DNA of 64,000 nucleotides from Candidatus Woykebacteria bacterium RBG_13_40_15 (GTDB lineage: Bacteria; Patescibacteriota; Microgenomatia; Woykebacterales; RBG-16-39-9b): positions 6,485 to 70,484 of the forward strand of contig MHCP01000015.1 of the NCBI GenBank assembly GCA_001816655.1, written 5' to 3'. Within the stretch, counting starts at the first letter, position 1. The number at the start of each line of letters is the position of its first letter. Both the position numbers and the translations under genes were made by a program. The notes beneath the pieces were generated by a model. The model was given only the letters and a program-made list of their open reading frames with translations, ran no database searches and was not told where the DNA came from. Of this stretch, positions 8,743-18,822 are shown one piece after another.

Positions 8743-9250
8743 GATCCAAAATCTTTTTTACATTGCCTTCCGGATCTGGAATTCCTAAAAAATCGAAGTT
8801 TAACAAAGTTCCTGCTGTCTGAATGTGAACATCCCCATAATCAAAAAAATTCTGGGCTATGCCTCCCTTTGAGTATGTAACATCTTGAACATTTTGCAAG
8901 GCCATTTGGGAAACTTTATGATAAAAGATGCTGTAAAAATTTATATCCACGATCCTCTTGTTGGTTAAAATGTAGATATTAAAATACCAAAACAAAAAAT
9001 ACTGAAAAGACGCCCCAAGCACAATTAGCTCCCAGGTAAGAAATGCTAGCAGGGAAGTGCTCGCTGAAATCTGTAAGTTGAAACCCAAAATATTTGGCAA
9101 AAATGGGATAATAATCGGCAGAGCAGCTAAAAAGGCAGCAATTAAAACCCACTTCAAATTTGTAATTATATGTGGTCTAAGTAAAAAAAGAACTTTTTCT
9201 TCTTTTAGCTCACCTTCGAATCGAGCGGGTTCTTGCAAGCTTCCTGCCAT
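8681..9250 (-). CDS. membrane-flanked bacterial PH (bPH_2/YdbS-like) domain protein
   Basis: Two N-terminal TM helices followed by a TNKRIV...GD.HIQTAG beta-rich segment typical of the DUF304/bPH_2 family. Confidence 0.35.
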   Translation of the reverse strand: MAGSLQEPARFEGELKEEKVLFLLRPHIITNLKWVLIAAFLAALPIIIPFLPNILGFNLQISASTSLLAFLTWELIVLGASFQYFLFWYFNIYILTNKRIVDINFYSIFYHKVSQMALQNVQDVTYSKGGIAQNFFDYGDVHIQTAGTLLNFDFLGIPDPEGNVKKILDLVSDNKKAEGRYENRTIQPN

Positions 9251-9262
9251 ACCAACATTGTA

Positions 9263-11047
9263 TCAGCGTATCAGTACATCGTAAAGAGATGTCAAAATTA
9301 CTAATCTTCCCAGCGCTCTCAGATTAAAAACTGATCTGAAGAAGCTCCCGGAAAAAGTTTTCCCGCCCGGATAATTATTACTAACAAATGTGATCGAAGA
9401 TGTGCTCCCTGCGCCATCGAATCCAATTAAGATCCCCCCATTTACTAATGTGCCGACCGGAGCTATACCAATTTGGTTTAGTTTGTTAATAATCTGCGTC
9501 CCGCTCCACCCAGCTGGCCCGAGACAGCCATCAGTCGGCGATAGGTATTGGTTGTAACTGCTGTTTGCTTGAGAGAGCAGTGCAGCATTAAAAAGGTCGC
9601 TAACTTCTGTTTTATTTAACCAGGGGAAGGTGCCGCCACAGTATTTCCCATTCCAAAAAGTGTGATACCAAGGTGAATTACCATAGGCTGGTCCCTCATA
9701 AGCACCGGAGGGACCGAAATCTCGAATTTTTTTCAAATATGGCGGGTTGTAGCTCCAACCAATTTCGGTTGGCAGCATAGTGTAACCACCAGCTGTAGAT
9801 GCATAATAAGAGGTTATTGGAACCCCTCCATAAGTAATAACTACTCCTCGTGTCGCGTCTACCGCCTGGCGCCATCTGGCCGCGGCCGGGTCGGTTACCT
9901 TACCAGCGTTATAAACTTGGCAGGCGGTACTCGTACAAATAGATCTTTGTGAAAGGTACGCCCCTTCGTTGCCAATATAACTTGCCCAACTAGTATAGGC
10001 CAAAGCGTACGTACGAGCTGCCACTGCTTGGGCTTTCAGAGCCTCCATAGACCAATATGAGGGCATTTCGGCTATACCTTTCAAATAATTATCTTCAAAG
10101 GGAATAATGCCGACACCCGCTACATTAATACGGGTTGGTGTTGTGTAACCGCCAACCGACACATTGTTGTAGTAAGCGTGAAGAATTGTCCCGTAACTTT
10201 GTCCTGCTTTAGCCCTACCATAAGCGCCATACTGGCTCATACCTACCCTGTGGGGGTAGCCATAGGTTAAAAAGACATAGGCTGGAGAAAAGCCTGGGTT
10301 TGGCAATGGTTCTGAGGGTGGCGCACTGTCTCCAACAGTCTGGTTGTTACCGGAAGCGGCAAACTTGGCGGCGAGCAATTCTTGTTGCTTGCTAGTTAAG
10401 TTTTGCAACTCGTTTTGGAGACCAGTCAATTTATTCGAAAGGCTGCTTTGCTGGTAGGTACTGTAATAGTAGTTGCTGCGCAAAGAAGCCAGTTGGCTAT
10501 TAATATCGTTGGCAAGGGCCTCCAATTCTGCTTTTGCTTTTACTATTTCCTTGCGAGTTTTTTCAACTTGTATAACTTCCTTATTCACGCTCTCGATTAT
10601 CCCCTTGCTCGTCCCTAAAACTCTCTTTTGAAAAGCCATGCCCTGTGTAAAATCAGAAAATCCCCCGGCATTAATAAATAGCTCTAGTGGGTTGTCTCCT
10701 GGGTGTTTGTAAAATTGTCTGATCTGCCTATCGCGGATTTCAACAATGCTTCTAAGCTCGTTCTTCTTGCTGTTTAAGTCGTCCTCAACTTTCGATAGCT
10801 CACTACTAATTTCAGCAACTTTTTTATTCGCTTCCTCTGCCTCTGCCGCTGTTGAGTAAATCGAGGAGGAGAGATAGGCTATGTCCTTTTTTATTTGATC
10901 TAAGCTTTGTTGGGTCTGCCAATAGAGAGAGTTTTTTTGGTCAATTTGATTCTGAATGTCAAGAAGGTCGTCCGCGCGGACACTCGAAATAGAGATGGCT
11001 AAAAGAATAATTAAAGGTAGCAGGAAGTGAGCAGTTTTTTTAAACAT
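9263..11047 (-). CDS. SpoIID/LytB domain protein with N-terminal coiled coil
   Basis: Signal peptide plus long coiled coil. EALKAQAVAARTYALAY is the SpoIID/LytB signature. Tyr/Trp-rich C-terminal domain. Confidence 0.6.
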   Translation of the reverse strand: MFKKTAHFLLPLIILLAISISSVRADDLLDIQNQIDQKNSLYWQTQQSLDQIKKDIAYLSSSIYSTAAEAEEANKKVAEISSELSKVEDDLNSKKNELRSIVEIRDRQIRQFYKHPGDNPLELFINAGGFSDFTQGMAFQKRVLGTSKGIIESVNKEVIQVEKTRKEIVKAKAELEALANDINSQLASLRSNYYYSTYQQSSLSNKLTGLQNELQNLTSKQQELLAAKFAASGNNQTVGDSAPPSEPLPNPGFSPAYVFLTYGYPHRVGMSQYGAYGRAKAGQSYGTILHAYYNNVSVGGYTTPTRINVAGVGIIPFEDNYLKGIAEMPSYWSMEALKAQAVAARTYALAYTSWASYIGNEGAYLSQRSICTSTACQVYNAGKVTDPAAARWRQAVDATRGVVITYGGVPITSYYASTAGGYTMLPTEIGWSYNPPYLKKIRDFGPSGAYEGPAYGNSPWYHTFWNGKYCGGTFPWLNKTEVSDLFNAALLSQANSSYNQYLSPTDGCLGPAGWSGTQIINKLNQIGIAPVGTLVNGGILIGFDGAGSTSSITFVSNNYPGGKTFSGSFFRSVFNLRALGRLVILTSLYDVLIR

Positions 11048-11165
11048 AGAAACTAAAAAGCTAGTTATTTTACTATAGCCTATTTAGCCTTGAAAGGCAA
11101 GGGTGGCAACGGCTCTGATTTGGTTGACAAACCTAGCCCTCAAGCTTTAAGCTATAATTAAGGAC

Positions 11166-12866
11166 TTGCCAAAAGTGAAAAAAAGATTAATTTTATTTTC
11201 CCTAAGTTTATTTTCCTTAATTTTTCTTATTTCTCCTTCTAATAAGAACGCTTTAGTAACCAAAACTTATGGTGACGACCCAGCAAAACTCTGCTCTCTT
11301 AAATTAACGGGAGATGGGGAGATAGATGGGGTTCCTTATGTTTTACCAGGTGGCACGCTGAGAATACAGCTAACGGGAGCTAAACCAAAGTTAAATGGGT
11401 TTAAGAACCCGGGTGATGTTATGGAATTTAGAAGGGAAGGCGACCCCTACAACGCCAAGAGTAAGATCAGACTACCTATATCTACGGATGGCGATGGAGA
11501 CGGGAATGGTGAATGGGAAGGGAATCCGGAAAGGTATTTTGGCACTTACACTACCAACTACGATAAATATTCTATCTTTCCTGATTGCCCAAACGGCGTC
11601 TCCCCAAACGACAAAACTTTTTATATGTTTAGAGAGCACGAATATAACGGTAAGAAAAGTGGTTTGGCTTGGCTTATCACTCCCCACGACCCACCAAAAA
11701 ACGACGACACACGAATTTCAATATTTATAGCTGGGGTTGAAAAACTGTATGCAATGGTCCCAAATAAATGCCCGGATGGTTCAAAATGTGATCTTACTAG
11801 GTGGCATGAATTCTTAGAAAAACATGAGAATTTTAAAGCCTTTATGGTCAAGGTCTACGGGGACGGGGAAAATGGAAGCCAGGAGCCTGGCTTTACAGGT
11901 AGTTTCATCTCACAGTCGGGCGGTTCGCTGTATGCCTTGGACGATGGGGATGGGGATATCTGCGATAGTAATCCCCACCAAGCATATAAGGCGGATCTTG
12001 ATGCTTGGGATCTTATCAACAAAAAAAAGACTGAAGAGGAGAAAAAAGAACAAGAACAACTGTTAAATAAACTTTATAAATGTGCAGATGCCGATCATTG
12101 GGGTAAGAATGATTTTCTAAGGCCGCGTTTACCTAACGAGATGTTGGAGAAATTACAAGAAGAGAGCCCAGACGCCAATATTGGTCCTAAACTGTTGGAA
12201 ATCAAAGGTATTTGCGAAAATATGCAGGGGATCAGAAGCAGTTGCGATGATGCCTTTAACGAAAATGTAGCGTATAAATTCGCAATATACGGTGTCTTGG
12301 TTCCGCCGATTAAAGGTACTGAAAAGATTGCAGATGATGGTAAGGGAGACATAGCTGACATGCCTTCTGATGGGAGAGATCTGAGTTCTAAAGATTATGA
12401 TGCTTGTGATGATAGTACTGATGGGTTACCAACCTACGCAGTGGGAGAAGACGAAGAAACTATAGCAAGATTGGTCGATGTAGATACTTGTGATGTTTAC
12501 GGCCCGTTGAAAGCAGAAAATAGTGTAAAGGCGATTTTTACATTCACTCCAGTAAAAGCCGATAGCGCGATGGGTTATTTTGAGGGTGAAGGTTATATTA
12601 ATACTCCATTTGGAAAAATACCTGTTAGCGCGGCCGGGATAGCCCAGGCGATTCTCAGTTTAGCTTTGGGTGCAGGTGGTGGCATTGCTTTTCTGCTCAT
12701 GGTCTTTGGCTCTTACAGACTAATTTTTTCCGCCGGCAACCCAATGGCAGTCCAGCAAGGAAGAGAGGTAATTACAGCCGCAGTCGTCGGGTTGCTTGTA
12801 ATCCTCTTCTCTGTTTTTATTCTTAGATTATTTGGGATTGGGGTCTTGGGTTTACCAATTGGTTAA
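11166..12866 (+). CDS. secreted Asp/Gly-rich protein fused to C-terminal T4SS pilin (TrbC/VirB2-like) domain
   Basis: Signal peptide, then about 450 aa ectodomain rich in DGDGDG, then C-terminal GGGIAFLLMVFGSYRLIFSAGNP...REVITAAVVGLLVILF. This matches the pilin repeats in the following ORFs. Confidence 0.55.
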   Translation: MPKVKKRLILFSLSLFSLIFLISPSNKNALVTKTYGDDPAKLCSLKLTGDGEIDGVPYVLPGGTLRIQLTGAKPKLNGFKNPGDVMEFRREGDPYNAKSKIRLPISTDGDGDGNGEWEGNPERYFGTYTTNYDKYSIFPDCPNGVSPNDKTFYMFREHEYNGKKSGLAWLITPHDPPKNDDTRISIFIAGVEKLYAMVPNKCPDGSKCDLTRWHEFLEKHENFKAFMVKVYGDGENGSQEPGFTGSFISQSGGSLYALDDGDGDICDSNPHQAYKADLDAWDLINKKKTEEEKKEQEQLLNKLYKCADADHWGKNDFLRPRLPNEMLEKLQEESPDANIGPKLLEIKGICENMQGIRSSCDDAFNENVAYKFAIYGVLVPPIKGTEKIADDGKGDIADMPSDGRDLSSKDYDACDDSTDGLPTYAVGEDEETIARLVDVDTCDVYGPLKAENSVKAIFTFTPVKADSAMGYFEGEGYINTPFGKIPVSAAGIAQAILSLALGAGGGIAFLLMVFGSYRLIFSAGNPMAVQQGREVITAAVVGLLVILFSVFILRLFGIGVLGLPIG

Positions 12867-12869
12867 TTT

Positions 12870-13523
12870 ATGGCTATTTTTTGCGACGCACCAGAGGCAA
12901 CAGGAAGCGCTGGAAGTGGCTGTATAGTCGATCCCCTGAGGGGTCGGTTTGGTAGTTTGGGGGAACTTCTAACTGCCCTTCTTCCCTTTATCTACGCGCT
13001 GGCCGCAATGGTCGCCTTACTTTTTCTGGTGTGGGGAGGAATTCGCTATTTAACTTCCAGGGGGGATGAAAAACAATTAACTGCCGCGCGCGGCACAATA
13101 ACAAGCGCTATAATTGGCCTTTTGATTATTCTTTTGGTTGGTGTTATTGCGGGAATTATCGCTACTATTTTCAAAATCGATCTTTTTGGCAGTCTCGTGC
13201 CAGCTGCCTATGCAGCCGACACAGTGGATATTGGCTGCGCGGTGAAAATGGCCGGCGGTGTTTGTATCAAAGATGCTTTCCCGAATGTTGGCTCTCTTTT
13301 TACAACTGTAGTTAAAGCGGCCTTATTTACGGCGGCTTTTATTTTTCTCGCTATGACTATCTGGGGCGGCTTTCGCTTTATAAACGCCGGCGGAAACAAA
13401 GACGAAGTTGATGCCGCCAGGGGAGTATTAAGTACCGCTGTTATTGGAGTCTTGATTGTTGCACTCTCTTTAGCAATAATCGAAGTAATTACTAATTTTG
13501 CAGGAGTAGCAAGTATTTTCTAA
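12870..13523 (+). CDS. tandem-duplicated T4SS pilin (two TrbC/VirB2-like domains)
   Basis: Two copies of the motif WGG(I/F)R(Y/F)xxxxGxxxxxxxARGxxxxAxIGxLI, each with two TM helices. Confidence 0.65.
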   Translation: MAIFCDAPEATGSAGSGCIVDPLRGRFGSLGELLTALLPFIYALAAMVALLFLVWGGIRYLTSRGDEKQLTAARGTITSAIIGLLIILLVGVIAGIIATIFKIDLFGSLVPAAYAADTVDIGCAVKMAGGVCIKDAFPNVGSLFTTVVKAALFTAAFIFLAMTIWGGFRFINAGGNKDEVDAARGVLSTAVIGVLIVALSLAIIEVITNFAGVASIF

Positions 13524-13524
13524 G

Positions 13525-13872
13525 ATGGATATTTTTAAACCCGCGCTGGCAGCATCTTCTAGCGCAGACGCATCGGGGTGGCTTGGTAAAATTGGCATAA
13601 AACTGCCTGATCTTGGGGGCTTGGTAGCCAGCGCGCTAAAAATCGCTTTTTTCCTTGCGGCTCTTTTTTTCCTCATCCAATTTATTATCGGTGGCTTTTC
13701 CTGGATAGCTGCTGGTGGGGATCAAAAAGCCCTCGATCAGGCCCGTTCGCGCTTGACTAATGCGGTTATTGGTTTATTAATTGTCGTCGCTGCCTTTGGG
13801 GTCATTTATATTATCTTAAGCGCTTTACATATAAATATCTTTTCCGGTGAAACTATAATTATCGGAAAATAA
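13525..13872 (+). CDS. T4SS pilin (TrbC/VirB2-like)
   Basis: GGFSWIAAGGDQKALDQARSRLTNAVIGLLIVVAAF motif and two TM helices. Confidence 0.65.
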   Translation: MDIFKPALAASSSADASGWLGKIGIKLPDLGGLVASALKIAFFLAALFFLIQFIIGGFSWIAAGGDQKALDQARSRLTNAVIGLLIVVAAFGVIYIILSALHINIFSGETIIIGK

Positions 13873-13930
13873 AGCACCCGGTTGCATAAAAGGCTTTCTA
13901 TGCTTTATAATTTTAAAAGGAGGTGAAATT

Positions 13931-14332
13931 TTGGTTCCTATGAAAAAATTACTCGGATCAGCAGGTCTTTCTGCCGCCCTCTTAGCTATTGCGGCTTCGC
14001 CGGCGTTGGCGCAAACAGAGTTTAAATTTACAGCCCCTGCAAACATACCAAGTTTAGGGGAGATGCTATCCAATATACTGGTGTTGCTATTTTTCTTCGC
14101 CGCTCTCTTGGCTTTTGTCTTCATTGTTATCGGCGGTATCCAGTGGATAACTGCCGGTGGAGATAAGCAAGCCGCAGCCTCGGCAAGAGACCGAATCACA
14201 GCTGCAGTAATTGGTCTTGTTATCGTTGTAGCCGCTTTTGCGATTACAGTACTTATCACATCTGCTCTGCATATTAATATCTTTGCACCGGAGGGAATTA
14301 AACTTCCTGGCGGAGACAGTGTATTCAAGTAG
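13931..14332 (+). CDS. T4SS pilin (TrbC/VirB2-like) with signal peptide
   Basis: GGIQWITAGGDKQAAASARDRITAAVIGLVIVVAAF. The C-terminal ALHINIF is shared with the preceding paralogue. Confidence 0.65.
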   Translation: MVPMKKLLGSAGLSAALLAIAASPALAQTEFKFTAPANIPSLGEMLSNILVLLFFFAALLAFVFIVIGGIQWITAGGDKQAAASARDRITAAVIGLVIVVAAFAITVLITSALHINIFAPEGIKLPGGDSVFK

Positions 14333-14349
14333 GCTATCACGAAATAAAA

Positions 14350-14742
14350 GTGTTAAGCCAATTTAAAAAATTACTCTTTAAATTTCCTATTCTGTTATTT
14401 CTTTATTGCTTTATTTTAAAGCTAGGGGTAGCTTATGCTGGAAATGAGGACCTTGACCTCAACCCTTCCCCAGTAACCGACCTCGTAAAAATTTTCGAAA
14501 ACGCACTTTCTGCGGTAATAATACTTGGGGGCCTTGCTTCTTTTGTAATGATTATTGTTTCGGGCTTTAAATTTATCGCCGCTCAAGGAGATCCAAAGGC
14601 TCTTATGTCTGCTCGCTCGTCTCTACTTTGGGCAATTGCTGGGGTCGCTTTTATTATAATCGCGTGGCTTGTTCTTCAGTTTATAGCTAACTTCACAGGG
14701 GTAAATGTAACAATCTTCCGGTTAAATTTCAATCTTGAGTAG
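14350..14742 (+). CDS. T4SS pilin (TrbC/VirB2-like)
   Basis: SGFKFIAAQGDPKALMSARSSLLWAIAGVAFIIIAW motif and two TM helices. Confidence 0.6.
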   Translation: MLSQFKKLLFKFPILLFLYCFILKLGVAYAGNEDLDLNPSPVTDLVKIFENALSAVIILGGLASFVMIIVSGFKFIAAQGDPKALMSARSSLLWAIAGVAFIIIAWLVLQFIANFTGVNVTIFRLNFNLE

Positions 14743-14821
14743 TTATTAACTAACCTTCCTATTGATTTTTCCAAGGAATCTTTAATTTTTTGCTCCTAAT
14801 ATACCCGATCAATTAAACATT

Positions 14822-15508
14822 CTACGGCTCTTCTACGGCTTTTCCCACAGGCAGGTAGACTATGTGTATTTGTTTTTCCGGGTCTGTCAAACCGTACGAC
14901 CGGAGCCAATTCAGGGCCGCGTCTCTGTAAACGTCCATTGGTTTGTTGTCTATAGTTATAAAAAATTTGTCTGTTGATGGCCAATAAGTAATTTTAAAAT
15001 GATTTCCTGTGTATGGCAACTTTTCTTTTATCTTTTGAACCACTCCCGTTGGGGTCTTACTGCTACCAGTCGTAAAATACCACTCATAAATAAGCTTGTT
15101 GTCGAGCTTTACACTAATCGTATATTTTGTTCCTTGAAGAAGAGTTTCTTCCGGTGTAACGACTGCAACAGTCGTTCCAGGAGAAAGTTCCGACCGAAAT
15201 TTAAAGTCTGGCTTTGTTCCAACTTTCACATCCATATCCTTGACTGGTCGATCAAAAAAGATGTTTATTGTTGGTGCTGTTGAAACACCTTCCTGTTTTG
15301 GCAAAGGCTCCACTCTCGACACTAGCAAAGACGCTTTAGCTGCCTTCAGATCCCCTACATCAAGTGCATTGGTTTTTTCGGTTTCTTTTTTGGGGGGTGT
15401 AAGAGTTGTAATGAGTAGGAAAGCTATCGCTGCTATCGAAAAGACAAAAAGCCAAAATTTTTTATCTTTTAATAACTCATTTAGTTTTTCCAGTTTCATG
15501 GGTGGCAA
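14822..15508 (-). CDS. bitopic membrane protein, possible VirB8-like T4SS component
   Basis: Single N-terminal TM helix plus about 190 aa extracytoplasmic domain. Size and topology fit VirB8. No motif-level support. Confidence 0.25.
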   Translation of the reverse strand: MPPMKLEKLNELLKDKKFWLFVFSIAAIAFLLITTLTPPKKETEKTNALDVGDLKAAKASLLVSRVEPLPKQEGVSTAPTINIFFDRPVKDMDVKVGTKPDFKFRSELSPGTTVAVVTPEETLLQGTKYTISVKLDNKLIYEWYFTTGSSKTPTGVVQKIKEKLPYTGNHFKITYWPSTDKFFITIDNKPMDVYRDAALNWLRSYGLTDPEKQIHIVYLPVGKAVEEP

Positions 15509-16977
15509 TTTACTCCTTTATAACTTGTTGAAACCTCATCTCCTACGTTAAAACTGGGGTTTGGCAATAAATTTCTAAATTCTTGCTCGGGCAGCACTTC
15601 GTTCTCCTCATCCCTTATCATATAATGAAGGTGGTTTACGCCGTGTGTATCTCCAGTTGCTCCCATCAATCCTAGAAATTCTCCCTCTGGGACAAAAGTA
15701 TAGTTCTCTGCCGATTGAATGCAGGAGGAATAGGATTTAAGATGCACATAGTAAGTAATGTAGCTGCTTCCTGTTATTGCTACATAAATTCCGCCATATT
15801 CATCAGTATCCTTTAATAGAAGCCCCCCATTAGTTGAAAATATTGGGGTACCTTCATCGTTGTTTATATCTACTGCCGAAGCCTGATCACCGTAATGAGT
15901 ACCTGATGGATTATACGGCCCTTGAGTAATTTGCCCACTAGTTGGCCAATTACCTCCTATACCACCAGGTGTGCCTGTGCCTGTATCTGATACCGCTAAA
16001 TAAACCTCCCAGATTTTGTCGCAATAAGTCATGCTCCCAAACCTCTCTATTGGCTTGTCACAATCTCCATAATAAGCTGTCCCTGCCTTTTCTATCTCAT
16101 CCTCCTTTTCCCAGGCATCGTCGCTATCATTATAATCGTATTTTGTAAATTGGGCCCGATCGCACTCGTCAGAAGGCGCTCCACTATCACATTTTAACTT
16201 CCAAGCCGCGCCATAAATCGCGTTGCGGATATTACGGACATCTGGGTTGGGCGAATAAGTAGTTACCCCTGCTTCAACTACAGCTGTCTTATATGTGCAC
16301 CACGCGCAAGGAGGGTCAGTAACATCTCCACAATCTAGATCGCTTGGTCGAAAACCATAGTCCTCCATATAGTCTACTGACATTTGCATTGGCCCAATGG
16401 CCGAACATCCATTAGGCTCTCTATTTTCAGGATCTATCCCTTCACCGTTTATACCATTTGGGCTACCGGTATAGACGTCTTTGCTATAATCATCGATCTC
16501 TTCATCCGAATAGCCAAAGATGTGGGGACCTTCAATCACAGCGATCCCAACAAGAACCCCCGCCGGCACTTTAGCCCAAGCACCAGCTGCTTCGAAAAGA
16601 CTTTTTAGTTTTGCTGAGCAGGTATCTTCTTCCCCTTCCTCTGGTGGTTCTTCTCCCAACGCCAGTTTACAGTACCCCGGAACTAAATTGTTGCCGCCGG
16701 TTATTGGTACGGCTGCTTCTGCGCTTCCCACGGCTCCCCCAGCCCCACCTCCAAACAAAACAACCACAATAATCACCGCCATTATTACTACTGAAGCGAT
16801 TAACACTAAACCCCCTAGAAAACTTCCTATCCCCGCCCCAGCTATTGCGATGGCGGCTCTAGTTCCAACTTGTTTTATTAACTGCTCCTGAGCAGCACTA
16901 CCCCGGGCCTGCTGAGCTATGTTAGTAAGATCACTTAGGGATGGGCCTTGTTTTTGTTCTTCTTCTTCTTGTGGCAT
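15496..16977 (-). CDS. bifunctional cell-wall hydrolase: lytic transglycosylase-like domain plus M23 peptidase (VirB1/CwlT analogue)
   Basis: N-terminal TM helix. Cys-rich lysozyme-like segment with GPMQ. C-terminal M23 motifs HYGDQASAVDI (HxxxD) and NHLHYMI (HxH). Confidence 0.6.
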   Translation of the reverse strand: MPQEEEEQKQGPSLSDLTNIAQQARGSAAQEQLIKQVGTRAAIAIAGAGIGSFLGGLVLIASVVIMAVIIVVVLFGGGAGGAVGSAEAAVPITGGNNLVPGYCKLALGEEPPEEGEEDTCSAKLKSLFEAAGAWAKVPAGVLVGIAVIEGPHIFGYSDEEIDDYSKDVYTGSPNGINGEGIDPENREPNGCSAIGPMQMSVDYMEDYGFRPSDLDCGDVTDPPCAWCTYKTAVVEAGVTTYSPNPDVRNIRNAIYGAAWKLKCDSGAPSDECDRAQFTKYDYNDSDDAWEKEDEIEKAGTAYYGDCDKPIERFGSMTYCDKIWEVYLAVSDTGTGTPGGIGGNWPTSGQITQGPYNPSGTHYGDQASAVDINNDEGTPIFSTNGGLLLKDTDEYGGIYVAITGSSYITYYVHLKSYSSCIQSAENYTFVPEGEFLGLMGATGDTHGVNHLHYMIRDEENEVLPEQEFRNLLPNPSFNVGDEVSTSYKGVNCHP

Positions 16978-17080
16978 TGATAGGTCCTTTACTTCTATTG
17001 TAATTTTTTAAACTCTAACACGCAACCACCACCCTTTCTTGACTTAGTAACTTTAAATGAATTAAAATTTATCTAGAACT

Positions 17081-18763
17081 ATGTTCCTGCCCAAAAAATT
17101 TGTACTTACATTGGTAGCCGCGATTTCTGCCTTTTTTTTGTTTGGCGCGCCTGTTTTTGCGCTTGAGCAATCAATCACTTCTACAACCCCTAGTGCAACT
17201 ACCTCTGTAGGAGGCGGGCAAGTTATGGGTTGGCAGAGTGCTGTTGGTGATTTTTTTGGAGATGTCGCGGGGGGTATGATGAGTACCGCGACGAAACTCA
17301 TGGGTCAAGCTCTAGATACGGCATTAGACCACTTTTTAATTAAGGGTGCAACTGGGTGCTTATCCTCCGACAAGGGTTGCCAGCAGGAACAAGTTCAGGA
17401 GGTTATGAATGGAACGCCGATTGAAAAAATGAGCAATCCGGGTTTTCTTCATGTTTTAGCTTCCGGTGGGGACCAGCTTATGACTATGCCAATACCAATA
17501 GATACCGGTACCTATTTCGCCTCGATTAACCCTTTTAAACAGGCGCAGGCTGCTGACACTGGTTTTGATGAACTTCAAAGATCGACCGGATTATTGCGCC
17601 TTTGGGTAGTCTTGAGAAACTCTGCCTATGCCCTGTCTGTACTTGTCCTTGTAGTCATTGGCTTTATGATCATGCTTCGGGTGCCGCTTGATCCACGCAC
17701 AGTGGTTACGGCGCAGAGTGCAATCCCAAGGATAATTATTGCCCTTATTTTAATTACGTTTAGTTTTGCGATCGCCGGCCTGTTTCTTGACTTTGGCAGG
17801 CTAGCGGTCCAATCGGTTCATTGGGTATATGGCCAAGTTGGTATTAGTTGGGGCGGAGCCTTGTTGAAGCTTATCGGGGTAATTGTTTTTGGTAGCGCAT
17901 CAATTGGAGCTATCATGGGGTTTGGCCTGCCGGGATTTATTCTTGGAGCGGTAATCGGCGTCATAATCGTTGGGGCGGTCCTTCTGTATCTTTATTTCAA
18001 AATGATTTCTCGGTTTGCCCAATTCGTCGTTCTCTCTATATTCGCGCCAATGGTTTTCTTATATGCCGCTGTTCCCGGACAAACAAGCGCTGCTACAAAT
18101 TGGTTCAAGCGTCAGCTCTCCAATATTCTCGCCACACCGGCCATACTTTTCATGGTCGCCCTAGCTCTTGTTGTAATTAATACCGGTATCCCTAACCCCC
18201 TGTATCGTGGTAACCCTTTTAATCTAGCCGATAGCTTTACTCCATTTTTAGTCGCGTTTGGTATCTTGTTTGCCGCGACACGTGCTCCGGAAATAGTCGA
18301 TGATTTACTTGGTCTAAAGAAAGCGCCCGGAGCTAACGCAGGGTTGACTGGCGCTACACTTATGGGTGGTCTAACCACAGCAACTAGAAATAAAGAACTC
18401 ATAAAGGGTGTTGGATCGCGACTTGCCGGCGGACCGCTTGGAAAGGCGGCTGGTGCCGCCGCTGCACCCCTTCGGGCTGGCGCAAATAAGCTCACAGGTG
18501 GTTACTTCGACCGAAGAGCAGAAAGGGCTAGAGATGACAGAGCTCTTAAGCTGGCAAAGGCGAGTTATGATGAGCAACAAAGAAGAGATCGAGGAACGGA
18601 ACTTTTAAAACAACAGGGTTATATTAAAGGAGAAAAGGGAGAGCAGGGAGAACAAGGAGAGCAGGGAGAACAAGGAGTCTCACTTATCAATCCTGGGCCT
18701 CAATACCCTGCAAAGCCAGCGGGAGGTGGGACAAGCCAGGAGGATCAAAATCAAAATACATAG
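17081..18763 (+). CDS. VirB6/TrbL-like polytopic membrane protein with C-terminal collagen-like GEQ repeats
   Basis: Signal peptide and at least 6 TM helices in the central region. C-terminal GEKGEQGEQGEQGEQG is encoded by a tandem 18-nt DNA repeat at about 18628-18675. Confidence 0.45.
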   Translation: MFLPKKFVLTLVAAISAFFLFGAPVFALEQSITSTTPSATTSVGGGQVMGWQSAVGDFFGDVAGGMMSTATKLMGQALDTALDHFLIKGATGCLSSDKGCQQEQVQEVMNGTPIEKMSNPGFLHVLASGGDQLMTMPIPIDTGTYFASINPFKQAQAADTGFDELQRSTGLLRLWVVLRNSAYALSVLVLVVIGFMIMLRVPLDPRTVVTAQSAIPRIIIALILITFSFAIAGLFLDFGRLAVQSVHWVYGQVGISWGGALLKLIGVIVFGSASIGAIMGFGLPGFILGAVIGVIIVGAVLLYLYFKMISRFAQFVVLSIFAPMVFLYAAVPGQTSAATNWFKRQLSNILATPAILFMVALALVVINTGIPNPLYRGNPFNLADSFTPFLVAFGILFAATRAPEIVDDLLGLKKAPGANAGLTGATLMGGLTTATRNKELIKGVGSRLAGGPLGKAAGAAAAPLRAGANKLTGGYFDRRAERARDDRALKLAKASYDEQQRRDRGTELLKQQGYIKGEKGEQGEQGEQGEQGVSLINPGPQYPAKPAGGGTSQEDQNQNT

Positions 18764-18822
18764 CAAAATGGGGTCACTTCTCGCATTACTGCTTAAAGCA
18801 ACCCCATGTGTGATCACCTCCT

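Noticed and set aside
11124-11158. TTGACA / TATAAT hexamers upstream of the first pilin-fusion gene
   Set aside because: The spacer is 23 nt, well outside the 16-18 nt functional range. Probably a coincidental hexamer pair.
13208-14340. Minus-strand ORFs (63, 68, 171, 61 aa) overlapping the pilin genes
   Set aside because: They overlap the coherent plus-strand pilin paralogue series. Their translations are low-complexity with no motifs.
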